This document shows, piece by piece, positions 38,636-39,611 of a DNA stretch of 39,611 bases (position 1 is its first letter; each line of letters opens with the position of its first letter). The stretch is from contig CAMCFD010000003.1 of NCBI GenBank assembly GCA_945874115.1, forward strand, positions 1 through 39,611, in the 5' to 3' direction. The notes below the pieces were generated by a model. It was not told where the DNA came from, did no database searches, and saw only the letters and a program-made list of their open reading frames with translations. This stretch comes from Rickettsia typhi. GTDB taxonomy: Bacteria; Pseudomonadota; Alphaproteobacteria; Rickettsiales; UBA1997. A program made the translations under genes and the position numbers.

Positions 38636-38778
38636 GCGGTATTTATTGGCTTAAAGTCGATTTTTTCTCTCAAAATCGTCGAAGTTGATGTTATGAGTTG
38701 CTTTCTAGTCTCTAAGGGGATTGCCGCGTTGGCTGCGCTCCTCGAGACTCAAAATAACATTAACCAAAGCCCAACCGC
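38636..38778 (+). other. Structured intergenic element (long imperfect stem with a REP-like apex) after uvrD
   Basis: Nested complementary blocks GCGGT/ACCGC, GGCTT/AAGCC, GTTGATGTTAT/ATAACATTAAC, AGTCTC/GAGACT and AGGGG/CTCCT. Confidence 0.4.
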
Positions 38779-38873
38779 GCCATTTTCCCGCAGAATTCGT
38801 GCAATAAAAACACTTCCCAATTTTGATTTGTGAGAAAAACCCCATACAAACAACAAAAATTTGTAGATTTTTC

Positions 38874-38902
38874 TTGCACAATGTTAAAAAATGTGGTATA
38901 AT
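38874..38902 (+). promoter_or_regulatory. Near-consensus sigma70 promoter for the IQ-motif gene
   Basis: TTGCAC (38874-38879)-N17-TATAAT (38897-38902) with TGn extended -10. Confidence 0.7.
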
Positions 38903-38936
38903 GGGGAAATAAAATAAAATTTAACCAATTGAATTT

Positions 38937-39611
38937 ATGTCAAGACCTTCAGGGCCAATAAATACGCCAAAGAAACAAGATGTAATGGCAGATATGTACA
39001 GAACGCTTAATGCATACTTGACAAACCAAGGTGAAGATCCCGTTTATACAAATAGAAAACGAGATGTTCTTGGAGCGTTTTATGATATTTTAGATGAAGT
39101 TTTGCTCGCTGATGTTGATGGAAATCTTCTTGAGTCAACTGAAACTGAAGACGACCCCGATGTTGTTGATTTTGAAAAAATAAACGCAATTTATCAAAAC
39201 TTGCCCGCATTTGCGCTTTTTGTAAATCGTAAGATTAAAGATGGCGACCAACCTAATGTCGCAAGATTGATTCTTAATTTTGAGAAGGACATAGCTGCTA
39301 CAAGAATTCAAAGGGGATTGCGCGGTCTTTACGAATATCGTGAGCGCGAGAGAACGGCGGCCGCAATCAAAATTCAGTCTAATTTTCGTGGTCACCGGAC
39401 AAGAGAAGTGGTTACTGATCCATTAATTGCAGCAACGCGAATACAAAAAGCTTATCGCGCACATCTTGCGCAAAAGAAAGCGTTAACAGAAGTTGTAGAG
39501 CCGATGCAGCGACAAATTGCGGCTATAAAAATTCAAGCTTTGTGGAAAGGTTATGCTGTTCGACGCGATAACAAAAAATTAGACGCTAACGCTAAGAGAA
39601 TCAGAGGTGGG
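38937..39611 (+). CDS. IQ calmodulin-binding motif repeat protein (3'-truncated; absent from the ORF track)
   Basis: 225 open codons from ATG 38937 to the window end; four IQ motifs: AATRIQRGLRGLYEYR, AAIKIQSNFRGHRTR, AATRIQKAYRAHLAQK and AAIKIQALWKGYAVRR. Confidence 0.88.
   Translation, partial: MSRPSGPINTPKKQDVMADMYRTLNAYLTNQGEDPVYTNRKRDVLGAFYDILDEVLLADVDGNLLESTETEDDPDVVDFEKINAIYQNLPAFALFVNRKIKDGDQPNVARLILNFEKDIAATRIQRGLRGLYEYRERERTAAAIKIQSNFRGHRTREVVTDPLIAATRIQKAYRAHLAQKKALTEVVEPMQRQIAAIKIQALWKGYAVRRDNKKLDANAKRIRGG

Noticed and set aside
39007-39395. Minus-strand ORFs 39007-39210 and 39135-39395 from the track
   Set aside because: Antisense shadows of the longer plus-strand IQ-motif ORF, which has a promoter and recognisable motifs.

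Overview
AT-rich alphaproteobacterial chromosome segment. Gene content and order are Rickettsiales-like, which is an inference. Bases 1-15927 hold a 5'-truncated tuf, then the S10-spc-alpha ribosomal superoperon (rpsJ...rplO, secY, adk, rpsM, rpsK, rpoA, rplQ) with rplS unusually placed after it. The rest is a mosaic of housekeeping genes detached from their usual operons: recQ, coaBC, ruvB, nuoD, LD-carboxypeptidase, leuA, mreBC, purQ, trpC, der, xerC and uvrD. The main points not captured by the ORF track: (1) an unlisted ORF at 38937 that runs off the window and carries four tandem eukaryote-type IQ calmodulin-binding motifs behind a near-consensus promoter; (2) two ~150-bp MITE-like palindromic elements with the same internal core but different terminal inverted repeats, one supplying the last codons and stop of ruvB and one lying in the inferred nuoD 5' leader; (3) an orphan Cache-type histidine kinase coupled to a paralogous sensor-only protein; (4) xerC and a secreted phytochelatin-synthase-family gene whose start codons abut head-to-head with no spacer; (5) several REP-like palindromes. 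No rRNA, tRNA, CRISPR array or transposase gene was seen. All calls come from reading the sequence by eye; no searches were run.
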